From contig CP110439.1 in NCBI GenBank assembly GCA_026914245.1, positions 1,984,001-2,048,000 on the forward strand: DNA of 64,000 nucleotides, given 5' to 3'. The stretch is from Puccinia triticina. Taxonomy: Eukaryota. The notes beneath the pieces were generated by a model. It was not told the DNA's origin and did not search any database. It worked only from the letters and a program-made list of their open reading frames with translations. This document shows positions 13,432 through 25,052 of the stretch, in pieces. A program made the translations under genes and the position numbers. How positions within the stretch are numbered: position 1 is the first letter of the stretch; each line of letters starts with the position of its first letter.

Positions 13432-14253
13432 CTGTGTGCACGGCAATTGATGGTTCCAGGAAGCAAAGAAGCACTGGTGAGCAAAACCCACCATCTACAT
13501 AGTAGAATTGTGACTCCATCACTTTGAGGCGTGTATTCAATACCCATGATCACCTAGAGATATGTTCACTCGACCTCACTCGACTGGCAGTTTTTTGCGG
13601 GCAGCTCGATTCAGTAAAAATATGGCTTCCAGATCAACTGTATCATATTTACGCCGAGTTGAGGTGTTCGGTGTTAGCCAGCCGATGCCATTGTTCTCAC
13701 ACTGATGCACGTTAGCGGGCCTTGGCTGGTCCGGGGAAGCTTGGGATTACTTTATTGTTTTGATGTTTTGTATGTAGACTTCAACTTTTTTAAGCTGCTC
13801 TTCGTAGAGTCTCTACCAGCCGCTGCAGTTGTCACTTGTCTCCTCCTGTTCCTCATCTTGTATTTCTCCAGCGTTGCTGTTGGCTCACCCAACCCGAGAC
13901 TCTAGTGACCATATGTACTTCAAATTGTGCATAGTTAGCAACGTCCACTCGATTTGTTCCTCTGGCGCCCCTGGTCTGTAACAGCAACCCGAGCATTCAT
14001 ACAATCGTTCATACATAACAGGAAGGCTAGCAGTGTGGCTTTTTTCTCCGTGAGTATCGCTTATGTTACTCAGGCCGGTTCAAGGCACTGCAATTCTTCA
14101 GTTTCTTGCTTGTCTGCAGTTTCAACTGAGTTCCTGTTTTCGACATGTTTAAATAGATCCGTCTTGAAGACCTTTCTTCTTTGCCATTGCTAGTATCCAG
14201 GCGACAACTTTCGTTTAATTTTCAGTTCGCCTTCAGCACTTTCAGCTTCCTCC

Positions 14254-15255
14254 ATGCACCATCCATCGCAGAACGGGCACCAAGAGGTGGCAAACACGTA
14301 TTTGCGTCGCAACAAACCGCCAGCCTTGTCCCGACCTTTTCCCCCCGGTTTCACACCAGTTGATGTCGAGCTATCACCTTGCGCTCACCGATCGATGAAG
14401 AAGTCAGACTGCAGTCCTGTATTTCTACCACCTGCATTGCGCTCACCTTTGCCCCCACCTGAGGAAAGCTTGACGATTGAAAAGCAACGGGCACGTCCCA
14501 ATCGCCTTGTGAAAACGCCCCCAGCACCGCAGCCATCGCAAAGGAACCAAGCCAAATTCATCCCGACAATCAGGCGAATTTGTAACGCCACCCGTCCCAG
14601 CCAACGTTCGCCAAGCCATTCCGTGTCAGACACAAGTTCTCCATCTACCGCGCATGGTCGCTCGGACCACAGCGCCTCTCATAACGAGCGGGCCCAGATG
14701 CCTATGACGAATCGACTGAGGTCTTTATCTCAGCACAGCTCTATAAAGAGCAGACCAAAACTGCGGGATTTGAAGCCCTGCTCTTCTTCGGATTCCTCCC
14801 ATGAAAACACGAGTGACAGCTGCCGCGATAAGCCCATCTTGTCGCAAGTGAAGTTGATCGCGAAGACTAGCTTCCCGAGGATCAGGTCCACTTCTACAAG
14901 TCTCTCTGGGTCCCCTATCGAGCGAGCCACGCATCCACTTTTACCTCGCCGTCCCCAAGAGCAAACGGAGAATCGTTCGAAATCCAAGCCCGAGTCGTCC
15001 TGTGCTCGACCTTCAACCCGAAAGCCTTCGCCTTCTTGTACTGGGAGGGGAAAAGTGGATTACATACCTCCTTCTTATGTTTGCTTCAACTCCGATGACG
15101 TACATCAAACGGAAACGGCGCGGGAAGATGAGCTGTTGAAGAAATTGCCTGATGAAATGTTGGACAATTGGGCAGGATGGAGACGGGAGATTCTCCTCAG
15201 CACGTGTGACTCGCCTCGTTCCCCTGAAACTTCAGTCTCACATGGTGTATCGTAG
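14254..15255 (+). CDS. Hypothetical Ser/Pro/Arg-rich protein (333 aa), probably disordered
   Basis: Long intronless ORF in non-repetitive sequence; no recognisable domain. Confidence 0.55.
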   Translation: MHHPSQNGHQEVANTYLRRNKPPALSRPFPPGFTPVDVELSPCAHRSMKKSDCSPVFLPPALRSPLPPPEESLTIEKQRARPNRLVKTPPAPQPSQRNQAKFIPTIRRICNATRPSQRSPSHSVSDTSSPSTAHGRSDHSASHNERAQMPMTNRLRSLSQHSSIKSRPKLRDLKPCSSSDSSHENTSDSCRDKPILSQVKLIAKTSFPRIRSTSTSLSGSPIERATHPLLPRRPQEQTENRSKSKPESSCARPSTRKPSPSCTGRGKVDYIPPSYVCFNSDDVHQTETAREDELLKKLPDEMLDNWAGWRREILLSTCDSPRSPETSVSHGVS

Positions 15256-15700
15256 CTCCAGAAACCCATCTCAGCTAGCGCTCGACGTAATTATCACTTG
15301 ATCCAGCCGGCGATTGAAATAGCTGTTCATAAGAAACCGTTCATAAGAAACCACTCTCTACTTTCTTTCACCATAATTGTACCTTTTTTCCTTGATTGAT
15401 TTGTGAAAATTGTTTATAGATTCAACAATTATTTGTATACATATCCCCGGTTGGAACACAAATACTCTGCATACCGCGTAGTTCTTTCAACTAGGCACTA
15501 TTTTTCCTCCCTTGACTCATCTGACAACTAAATTGAAGGCTTTCTCCGTGTGCCTGTGATTTATTTCAGTATCTGACTGTTTTTAAGTAGTACATCCAAG
15601 ACCAGCGCAGTATTCTTGTCCATAAGAATAATAATTTGGTATGGTAGTATGTTGATTGGCAAATTATTCCTTTCATTTGGTGTGTTGGTTGCAGTACAGA

Positions 15701-16002
15701 CACCCCGGGCAAACCGGGGTCATGACACATACAGGCTGCACAGTCCTGCATGTCACATAAAAAATTCCCGCACCCTGTGTCATGCATCATTTGCAGGACT
15801 GGCTTTCATGTATGTGAACTGTAGCTGACAGGTCTGTGAAAGCCTCTGCACAGTCACTGTGCATGTGACATGTTGGAGATCTGAGCTGCATGTCATGATC
15901 CGGACAGCTTGTCATGCATATGTGACAGGACCTGCATGACCTGACATGCATACAGGACCATGCAACCTGTACAGCTCTCATGACCCCAATTTGCCCGGGG
16001 TG
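15701..16002. mobile_element. CACTA/CMC-like MITE
   Basis: TIR CACCCCGGGCAAA..GGGGTCATGA; 3-bp TSD AGA; CATG-rich interior. Confidence 0.8.
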
Positions 16003-16646
16003 AGACAAGTGATCACCTCAAGTGAGGTCTGATGAAAATTGTTTGAAGTGAGAATCAACTATGAGGCAAACATGGTACTGGTGTAAAGTAATATGGTGGG
16101 ATTGCCAGCCGGCACTCTTTTGAGGAGAGCTAGCTGGACAAGAGGTAAAGTGATATTTTATATTACTATGGACTAGGTACAAGGTAGTAGAGAGGGATAA
16201 AGGAAATAAAGAAACATACATGTTTTTGAGTCCTTGACTCTGATCAACGGTGAAAGTGCTATGCTACTGGTAGCGTAGCATAGCGGGATTGGACAGTGCT
16301 GCACTACGCTTTTTGGAAGTGCAGATGCGCTGCCGCTATCACTACTTGGCTTCTAGGGATAAATTTGCAAAAGTTTAGCACACTAAAATAGCAGACTGGT
16401 AGCGCAAGCGCGCTAATTTTTAGCTCAAAAAGCATGTAGCGCGCCGCGGCTGTAGCGCAGAATAGCGCACTATTTCTTACAAGTAGGGGGGGAGAAAGGA
16501 AACATCAAAATAATTGAAAAACTATCAGCAGAGAAAAATTAAAAAAGGCATGAGAGCACCCAGATAATGAGAAATAAAAACACCATCATTATTTTCTAGA
16601 AGCATTGCACTTTTTGACAGGTACATTTTTATAAGTATTACATTTA

Positions 16647-16795
16647 GGCCCCATTTGGAGCCGATATAATCCGGGTGATATATGAGTTTTTTGCATGACA
16701 TCCTATGTGACATCTGATTAGGTCCGCCAAAACTTGATCAGATGTCACAAAATTCCAGATTATATTGCGCAATTATATTGGCTCCAAACGGGGCC
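16647..16795. mobile_element. PIF/Harbinger (Tourist-like) MITE, 149 bp
   Basis: TIR GGCCCC(A/G)TTTGGAGCC(G/A)ATATAAT; TSD TTA. Confidence 0.9.
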
Positions 16796-16934
16796 TTAAT
16801 GTTCTGTTCAGCAGTAGAGATGGCAATCGGTACCCCCCGCGTGTCCGGGTACCACCTGCTTTTTTGGCCCAAAACAGATACCCGTACCCGTACTTGGCAC
16901 CGTACCTGGGTCTAAGTTGTTTTTTGTAGATATG

Positions 16935-17390
16935 TGCCTGCTCGCCGAGGATCCCTCTCAGGGATCCCTCTTAGGCCTCGGCAAGCTGGTATCAGTATAC
17001 CTGCCACCGAGAGAGGATTTCTCTTGGTGAGCAAGTATAGATATACCAGCTCGCCGAGAGAGATTCCTCTTGGCGAGCACTGGTATACACACACCAGCTC
17101 GCCGAGACGGATTCCTCTTGGAGAGCTGGTGGGTGTATACCTGCTCGCCGAGAGGAATCCCTCTCGGCGTCCACACACCAGCTCTCCGACCTCTTGGCGA
17201 GCTGGTGTGTGTACACCAGCTCTCCGACCTCTCGGCGAGCTTGTGTGTGTATACGTGCTCGCCGAGAGGAATCCCTCTTGGCGGGCTGGTGGGTGTATAC
17301 CTGCTCGCCAAGAGGAATCCCTCTCGGCGAGCGGGTATGTGTACATACGCCAGCTCTCCGAGAGGAATCTCTCTTGGCCAGCTGGTGGCG
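16935..17390. repeat. Palindromic minisatellite (CCAGCTCGCCGAGAGG..CCTCTCGGCGAGCTGG units)
   Basis: About ten imperfect self-complementary units; they generate the repetitive ORFs in all frames. Confidence 0.9.
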
Positions 17391-17445
17391 CCGCAGCCGG
17401 GGATATCACACAGGACTTGCAGGAGGCAAGTCCAGAACAAACTTA

Positions 17446-18232
17446 GGCCCCGTTTGGCTGCCGCGTTATATGTCATACAGCCATGTTAGAAAAGCTTGCT
17501 TTTGGGCTGCTGATTTCAGCCTCAAAGCCTGTATGGCTCCTGTATGTCAGGAATGCCATTGGAAGAAAAAAAAAAAACAGTTTCTTTGTTTTTAACTCTG
17601 GGGCCTGGAGAGTTGCACCATTGGAATCCTTGAGTGATTTTATGTCAATCTGGCCCTTTGCCGCACATCCCCCCCCTGCCCCCATGGCCAGCCCGGTCTT
17701 ACGCTCTGGTCTGGGATGTCGGTGAGAAACAATCAAGAAGAGTGAATTTCAATCTAAGAAGAAATGAACAGAAAAGAGAGATGAGATGAGATGAAAGAAA
17801 AACAACAGAGCTTACCTGGGATGTTGGTGAGAAACAATCAAGAAGAGTGAGGAAAGAGAGATTCACCGGCATCCCAGGGAGGAGTCTTTTAGAGTGAGAG
17901 AAAATACAATATAAGCATCACTATAATAATATGCTACTACCGAGTATACCCCCCATACATAACACCTGGCACCCTCCTTGAGCTGACCCAGCTGCCCAAA
18001 GGGGTTTTGACTGCCTGTACAGTGAAGCTGTACAGGCCTGTGGCTGAGATGCAGAAATCATTATCAGCCACACAAGCCGGCAAGCTTTTCTAACATGGCT
18101 GTATATGGTCGAATTTATGACGCGCGACCCCCAGGGGTTTCAAATATTTAATGGCACTGGGGGGTCAACTTTGGGTTGCGGCGTCATAAATTCAACCATT
18201 TATGACATATAACCCGGCAGCCAAACGGGGCC
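17446..18232. mobile_element. PIF/Harbinger (Tourist-like) MITE
   Basis: TIR GGCCCCGTTTGGCTGCCG.GTTATATGTCATA; TSD TTA. Confidence 0.9.
17478..18101. mobile_element. Tc1/mariner-like MITE (TA TSD)
   Basis: Perfect 22-bp TIR CAGCCATGTTAGAAAAGCTTGC; TA on both sides. Confidence 0.9.
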
Positions 18233-19257
18233 TTAGCTAAGTCCCTCAATTGGAGGTGCGGGAGCGCTGTTGCAAAGCAACCCTCCAAAGGAGGGACTTA
18301 CACCCTACCTTGCAAAACAGTAGGCAGCAATAATCCCATTTGGCTGGGGAAAATTTTCAAAATTTTCAACTCTTTATATCTCAACTCAAGTAAAAGCCAT
18401 TGAAAATCTGAGCAGACAGAATTGTCCGCCTATATCTGCCCTTTGACTTGCCACCTTCCTGAGGTAGGATCCACCCAAAAACTCTCTTGAATCCCAAATG
18501 AAACAAAAAGTAGTTCATGGGTTTTGGGAGGGCATTGTTCAAACAGGCCTTGGTCAAAGCCATACTTTTGACACCTGGCAAAACTTAGCAGCTCTTACAT
18601 TTTTTAAAAAAAATCAAGTTCAAGTGTTACAGATAAAAGAAAAATACCAGCAGAGAGCCATGCTTCTTGGCTACCTCTTGGAGCAGTTGAATTGGCCACA
18701 GCTGTCCTTGCGTAGTTTCTACGGAGGGACAGGCAAAAAAGGCTGAAAACAGACATCTGCTGCCTACTGTTTTGCGGGGTAGGGTGTAAGTCCCTCCTTT
18801 GGAGGTTTGCTTCGCGACAGCGCTCCCGCACCTCCTATTGAGGGACTTGTAAGTTTGAGTCCAGAAGGGGGTTGGGGACATATACAGCGGAAAAGAGGTA
18901 GCAGTATTGACGGGTATCAAGTGGCGGTACCCAGGTACCCGCCTAAAAATCACACAAAAACAGACAATCATACCCGTACTTGTCACCCGCGGCGGTGGTA
19001 CCCGCCACCCTGATGAGTACCCGCCGGCGGGTGCCGGGTACCGCCGCGCGGGTACCTGTTTGCCATCTCTAGGTGTATGCCTTGATGACCGGTTGGCTCC
19101 GTCATCAAGGTGTATGCCTTGATGACCGGTTGACCCCACAAGCACCCCAAATGATATGCAGCTAGGCCCGGGGGCTGCACAAGTTTTTGGGGGGCCGTGC
19201 AAGTTCCGCTGGAAAACCACTTGGTGTGGCTACAGAGAAAACCACACCCATTTGCAG

Positions 19258-19332
19258 GTGGTGTTAGCTCAGTGGTATAAGAGCAGCTCTCATGAATGTA
19301 GAAGGCCGTGAGTTCAAATCCTACAACACACA
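19258..19332 (+). ncRNA. tRNA-like sequence (elongator tRNA-Met-derived, pseudo), copy 1
   Basis: A-box TAGCTCAGTGG, D stem GCTC/GAGC, CTCAT...GAAGGCCGTGAGTTCAAATCC resembles eMet tRNA; TTCTTTT downstream; anticodon stem unpaired. Confidence 0.7.
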
Positions 19333-20276
19333 ATTCTTTTCACCTGAGTAATTTCAACACTGCACCCGCGCGTAACTCATCAGTATTAATTATTATCTTT
19401 AATTATTTTAATTTTGTAACCGTTTTGGACTTCTCCAAAGTCTCAAGGGTTGACAGATATAAATAATAGTTAGAAGGGTCTAGTATTAGAGTACTTATGT
19501 AGTCTAGTACAGAAGGCTTTCTAAGTGATGAAATGAATCATCTGGAACAGCAGAACAGCGGTGCGGGTGAGTTCGTGGAAGGATGATTCATTTCAATAAC
19601 AAAGAGAAACAAAGTGAAACATGAGAGAAGAAGGAAATGAAAGGAAAGCTCACCTGGAACAGCAGAACAGCGGTGCGGGTGAGTTCGTGGAAGGATGAGG
19701 AAAAGACCTTCCACGTCTGCTGCCCAGGTGACTAGACTACACTACAAGAGATGTCACAGAGTGTGAAAGTGATGTGAAGGTTGGAAGCAGAGAGAACACA
19801 GAAGACAAAGGAAACACAGAACAGAAACCTCAACACTAAGTAGTAATCTTACCAAATTTGGATGCCTATTGCAAGGATGGGAATAAAAATGATTTTCTAT
19901 CTTAATTGTGGGTGTCTCTCCATGTTCTGTCATTGCTGACCTCAGCAATGCGTTTGTCATCTTACAGCTTTGGATATTTTCTGTCTGATGTTTTTTATTA
20001 TCTTATGTAAGGTTCTTGACCTTACTATACTAATTTCACTAAGCATATTCAATGTTAGTTTTATGTAATTCATGATCTATTTGAGTGCCTGCGCTGCACT
20101 ATTCTAGCGCTGCTGCGTTAGTCTAGCGCCTGCACTGCGCTGTTCAAGTAGGGCGCCTCTGCTCTTTATTATAGCACTCTTTAATTATGTTCATTTATTA
20201 TTATATGAACTTTGAGGTTTGAAACCCTTTTGGACATATTAATGTCTCAAGGGTTCATTACTCAGGTGAAAAGAAT

Positions 20277-20351
20277 TGTGTGTTGTGGGATTTGAACCCA
20301 CATCCTTCTACATTCCTGAGAGCTGCTCTTATACCACTGAGCTAAACACAC
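20277..20351 (-). ncRNA. tRNA-like sequence, copy 2 (inverted relative to copy 1)
   Basis: Perfect acceptor GTGTGTT/AACACAC, D stem GCTC/GAGC, T arm GTGGG-TTCAAAT-CCCAC; decayed anticodon arm; shares 3' flank TTCTTTTCACCTGAGTAAT with copy 1. Confidence 0.75.
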
Positions 20352-21178
20352 AGTTGGTCTTACTGGTGATTTTTGGATATTAGATCATATAGCTTAGCCC
20401 CTCAAATGGAGCTTGAAGCATATATTCCAACACACCCCCTTGCTTCATGCACCACGAACAAACCATTCCACTCAGGCCTGGGAGGACGGGAGGACCCTTG
20501 GGAACGCTCTAGGCATAGCCTGTCGCGTGTGTACCAGGGCGCGAATCATCTTGTATGATGCTGCTACACATTCAACAGCTTAAGCTGTCTAGGGAGTCCT
20601 GGAAGCCAGGGAGTGACTCCCCGAGACTCCCGTGTACGGGTTGTGGAGAGGAGCGCAACAAGTTTGTTGTTGAACCTCGTCACAGCTCCTTCTCTGACTT
20701 CCTAGCCTATCCAAGAGGGCACACACTTCTTGGGTCAAGAAGTCCGGTCCTCCGGATCGGGGGGTAAGGAGAAGAAGTGGGTACGGAGAGTATCTCCTCT
20801 CTGGAGCAGCACACACAGGTGTGTGTTGGCAAGGGTGTAAAACCCTTGCATTCTATATTTCTTTTGGCCCTCTAGTAGGGCCTTTAGCTCTTGGATATGG
20901 GTGGGTGGGTGGTGCCAAAAATTCTATAGGCAATACGGCGCGAAGCTCAGCGCAATCCAGGGAAGAAGGAATGGGGAGACCTGGAAGCAGATACGGCTAA
21001 GGGCAGAAGCTGTGGAGGGAAGGAAGTTCCCTGCGACTGGCTTGACGTTGTCTCCCTGGCCGGAGAGCCTCCGGCCAAGGCTCCTCCCTGTGCTCGCTAC
21101 AGTGCCGCCTCATGTCAGATGAGGCTGGTCCCCAGTATGGGGGACTAATTGTCTATACTTTAACGTGTAGGCTCGTAC

Positions 21179-21412
21179 CAACGGTGCAACAAGTACAATA
21201 CATGTAATTGTATTTCACTGTATCATATTGGAAAAATATCAAAATAAATGTATCTGTATTGTAATTTTTTCCAAAAACTGTACATATGTATCATTGGAAT
21301 TGTTTGGTGAAACCATTACAAAACGTATTTATTTTAATTGAATGTATCTGCCTGAAAATACGATACAATGTATAGCCTATACAATACATGTATTGTAATT
21401 GTTGCAGCGTTG
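21179..21412. mobile_element. MITE with 7-bp TSD (P-like or atypical hAT)
   Basis: TIR CAACG(G/C)TGCAACAA; TSD CTCGTAC on both sides; ATACA/TGTAT-rich interior. Confidence 0.9.
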
Positions 21413-22012
21413 CTCGTACTGAAGAGACGGCCCCGTGGACCCATCCCACCTCCCGTTTCACTCCCGGTAAAAGAACAGAATATTGCATATGCAAATCATG
21501 TATGTTTGTCATGCATCATAGATAATGATTAATGCATAACAATTATGAAAATTGAATATTGCATATGCATATGGAAGCATGAATATCAAGTATTCACAGG
21601 GTTTAGCCAACTTTAATTCAATCCACTGAGAGCATCCGTACTGATAATGTGATAAAATCAGGCTTAAAAGGAATAGATTACTGGAATTGACAAAGGACAG
21701 CAAGGGTGGGCCGTTACGTTACCCGTAATTGGGAACGTAACTGTAACATAACTTTTAAAGTTACGTTAACCAGTAGTTACAGATACCTTGATTTTAGTTA
21801 CGATATCTGCCGCAGAAAAAGGGCTGTTTATCTTCTAGTTACGTTACCCAGAAGTTTTCAACAAAATGGGTTACATTACAGGTTTGCCCAAATTTGGGTA
21901 ACTTTGCCGTAACTTTCCAAGAGAAATGACTATCTGTGGGTTTTTTTGGTCAATATGAGTACGTATTGGGCTCAAGTTGATGTAAAACAGCCACTGATGC
22001 CAGTTTCTGCCC

Positions 22013-24123
22013 GGGTCAGCCTAAATGCACTCCAAAAGTGAGTGTATGGAGTGTGCACTCCAATGATTGTTGGAGTACAGACTAGAGTACTCCAAGTCAA
22101 TTGGAGTGCAGAACCGGGGACTCAAGAATCTTTGGAGTGCACCACAAAGAACTCCAGTGGCCAGGAAATGTAATGAGTGCCCATGAGTCTCACTCCATCA
22201 GATTGGAGCGCATTCCCCTAGCACTCCATTCCTGATATTTCTCCTCCTCAAAAGGGGAGTGCAGTACTGTGCACTCCAGCCAGAGCTGGAGTGCCTACAA
22301 CTTCAACCGGGCTATGTACAAACACACCCCACTTGATCCTCCTGATATCCATGACCGGTACAGCCCGGCATTGAGCGGATTAACATCTCCTCTCAATGAC
22401 CGGTCTGTACCGGACCGCCGGTTATTGAGGTAAATCACACCTCTCGATGACCGGTCTGTGCCGGTCATCGAGGGGAGTAACATCTCCTCTTGATGACCGG
22501 TCTGTGCCGGTCACCGAGGGGACTCACACCTCTCGATGACCGGCGCGGACCGGTCACACCTCCCAATGACCGGCACAGACCGGTCATCGAGGGGACTCAC
22601 ACCTCGATGATTGGTCACCACCGGTCATCGAGGCTAATAACACCTCCTCTCGATGACCGGTCATCACCGGTCATGGAGAGGGCTCACACCTCTCGATGAT
22701 TGGTCAGTCCGGTCATCGAGGGTAACAACACCTCTCGATGACCAGTCATCACCGGCCATCGAGGTGAGTCCCATCTCTCGATGACCGGTCAGACCGGTCA
22801 TCAAGGGTGATAACACCTCTCGATGACCGGTGATGACCGGTCATCGAGGTGAGTCACATTCCTCGATGACCGGTCAGACCGGTCATCGAGGGGACTCACA
22901 CCTCTCAATGACCGGTCAGACCAACCGGTCATCGAGAGTAGCACCTCCTCTTGATGACCGGTCATCACCAGTCATGAAGAGGGCTCACACCTCTCGATGA
23001 CCGGCACAGACCGGTCATCGAGAGGACTCACACCATCTCACACCTCTCGATAACCGGTGATGACCGGTCATCGAGGTGAGTCACATCTCTCGATTACCGG
23101 TCTGTGCCGTTCATCGAGAGGAGTAACATCTCCTCTCGATGACCGGTCAGACCGACCGGTCATCGAGAGTAGCACCTCCCCTCGATGACTGGTACACACC
23201 GGTCATCAAGAGGTGTTATTACCCTCGATGACCGGTCTGACCGGTCATCAAGAAATGTGACTCACCTTGATGACCGGTGATGACCGGTCATCGAGAGGTG
23301 TGAGTCCCCTCGATGACCGGTCTGACCGGTCATCAAGAGGTGTGAGTCCCCTCGATGACCGGTCTGACCGGTCATCGAGAGGTGTGAGTCCCCTCAATGA
23401 CCGGTCTGACCGGTCATCGAGAGGTGTGAGTCCCCTCAATGACCGGTCTGACCGGTCATCGAGAGGTGTGAGTCCTCTCGATGACCGGTGGTGACCGGTC
23501 ATCGAGAGGTGTGAGTCCTCTCAATGACCGGTCTGTGCCGGTCATCGGGAGGTGTTACTGATGACCGGTCCGCGCCGGTCATTGAGAGGTGGGAGTCCCC
23601 TCGATGACCGGTAAAGACCGGTCATCGAGAGTAGCACCTCCCCTTGATGACCGGTACACACCGGTCATCGAGAGGTGTGACTGATGACCGGTCCGCGCTG
23701 GTCATCGAGAGGTATGAGTCCTCTGGATGACCGGTCGTGTGCCCCTTGATGACCGGTCCAGACCGGTCATCGAGAGGTGTGATTGTGGGCACTCCAAAAA
23801 AAAGGAGACATTGAAGTGCACCCCAATGCACTCCATTTGGTATTTGCCAGCTGGAGTGCAAAGCCAAAATCCTCCACTGAAAAGGTGGAGTGCTTGGGCT
23901 TGCACTCCATTTTTTTTGGAGTGCATCTAGCTGCACTCCCCTATTTTGGTCAATTTTGGAGTACCCAGTTGTGTACTCCAATAAACATGGAGTGCCCATC
24001 TGGGGACTCCATGTTTTGGGAGTACAAAATCAAGGCACTCCAACTTTTTTGGAGTGCTGGCCCCCCAAAGCCAAAAATTTGGAGTGCATGAAGTAAAAGT
24101 TTGGAGTGCATTTAGGCTGACCC
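22013..24123. mobile_element. MULE-like non-autonomous element carrying a palindromic minisatellite
   Basis: TIR GGGTCAGCCTAAATGCACTCCA; perfect 9-bp TSD TTTCTGCCC; GGAGTGCA subterminal repeats. Confidence 0.92.
22345..23782. repeat. Palindromic ~42-bp minisatellite (CTCGATGACCGGTCTGACCGGTCATCGAGAGGTGTGAGTCCC)
   Basis: About 30 units; the asymmetric spacer flips orientation near 23100-23200. Confidence 0.95.
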
Positions 24124-24227
24124 TTTCTGCCCAGGGTGTGAGGTCAAAATAGGTGCACAGTGAGGATTAAACCCGCAACCTAAATGTTACAGAACACTCA
24201 AGACGCAAGCACTAACCATTATTCTAA

Positions 24228-25052
24228 CACTGCGGGCATCTCGATGTTGCTGCGGACCGCAGCGACATCTGACGATTCAGTGGGGATTCGAACCCTGCGC
24301 AACAAGTATTGCAGCGACACTTGGCCGGCCGGCGATCAGCCGGCCACCGGGGTATGTACACACAACGCACCTCTCAATGGCCGGCACAACGACCGGTCAC
24401 CGAGAGAAGTATGCACTCCTCTCAATGGCTGGCCCAAGGACCGGCCATCAGGAGCAGTCCTTGTGCCGGCCGTTGAGAGTTGTCCACACTCCTCTCGATG
24501 ACCAGCATAACGACTGGTCATTGGGAGGAGGAGTCCACACTCCTCTTGATGACCAGCACAAGGACTGGTCATCGGGAGGAGGAATCCATACTCCTCTCAA
24601 TGCCAACACAGGCCGGCGTCGAGAGGAGTACATGCACCTCGATGCCTGGTCTGTGCCGTCCATCGAGGGAAGTGTGTATGTCCTCCCGATGACCGGGCCT
24701 TGGGCCAGCCATCGAGAGGAGTGCGTACTCCTCTCGGTGACCAGTCGTTGTGCCGGCCATCAAGAGGTGTCTGTACTCCTCTTGACGCCGGTGTGTGCTG
24801 GCATCAAGAGGAGTGTGGACTCCTCCCGATGACCGGTCCATGAGCTAGTCACCGAGAGGAGTGAGAGGAGTGTGTAATCCTCTCGATGGCCAGCACAAGG
24901 ACCGGTCATTGAGAGGTTGTTATGTATGTACTGTGGTGGCCGGCTGTCCAAAGGCAAATCAGCCGGCCATGTCGCTGCAGCTGACGCTGCATTCTGATAT
25001 GCAGTGTCATGATGTTACTGCGGCCCGCAGCGACACCGAGATGCCCGCAGTG
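24228..25052. mobile_element. CACTA/EnSpm-like (CACTG) MITE with a degenerate copy of the same minisatellite
   Basis: TIR CACTGCGGGCATCTCG.TG..GCTGCGG.CCGCAG; TSD TAA. Confidence 0.88.

Larger units (their letters stand above)
17438..18857. mobile_element. MULE-like TIR element (9-bp TSD) with ~100-bp hairpin TIRs; its left TIR is interrupted by a Tourist
   Basis: Removing the Tourist restores CAAACTTAGCTAAGTCCCTCAATTGGAGG..., matching right end ...GAGGGACTTGTAAGTTTG; TSD AGTCCAGAA at 17429-17437 and 18858-18866. Confidence 0.9.
16815..19071. mobile_element. hAT-like non-autonomous element; outermost layer of a four-level nest
   Basis: TIR TAGAGATGGCAA / TTGCCATCTCTA with GGGTACCCG subterminal repeats. 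No matching 8-bp TSD found, so the two ends may belong to different copies. Confidence 0.65.

Noticed and set aside
16912..17595. Overlapping 130-170-aa ORFs on both strands
   Set aside because: By-products of a stop-poor palindromic minisatellite; the same applies to ORFs at 22.3-24.9 kb and 58.8-59.1 kb.
19345..19400. Minus-strand CTGATGAG...GAAA hammerhead-like core
   Set aside because: Stem II does not pair convincingly and stems I/III are only a few A-U pairs.
22345..23782. CRISPR-like array of palindromic repeats
   Set aside because: Spacers are short and repeated rather than unique, there are no cas genes, the context is eukaryotic and the array lies inside a TIR element.
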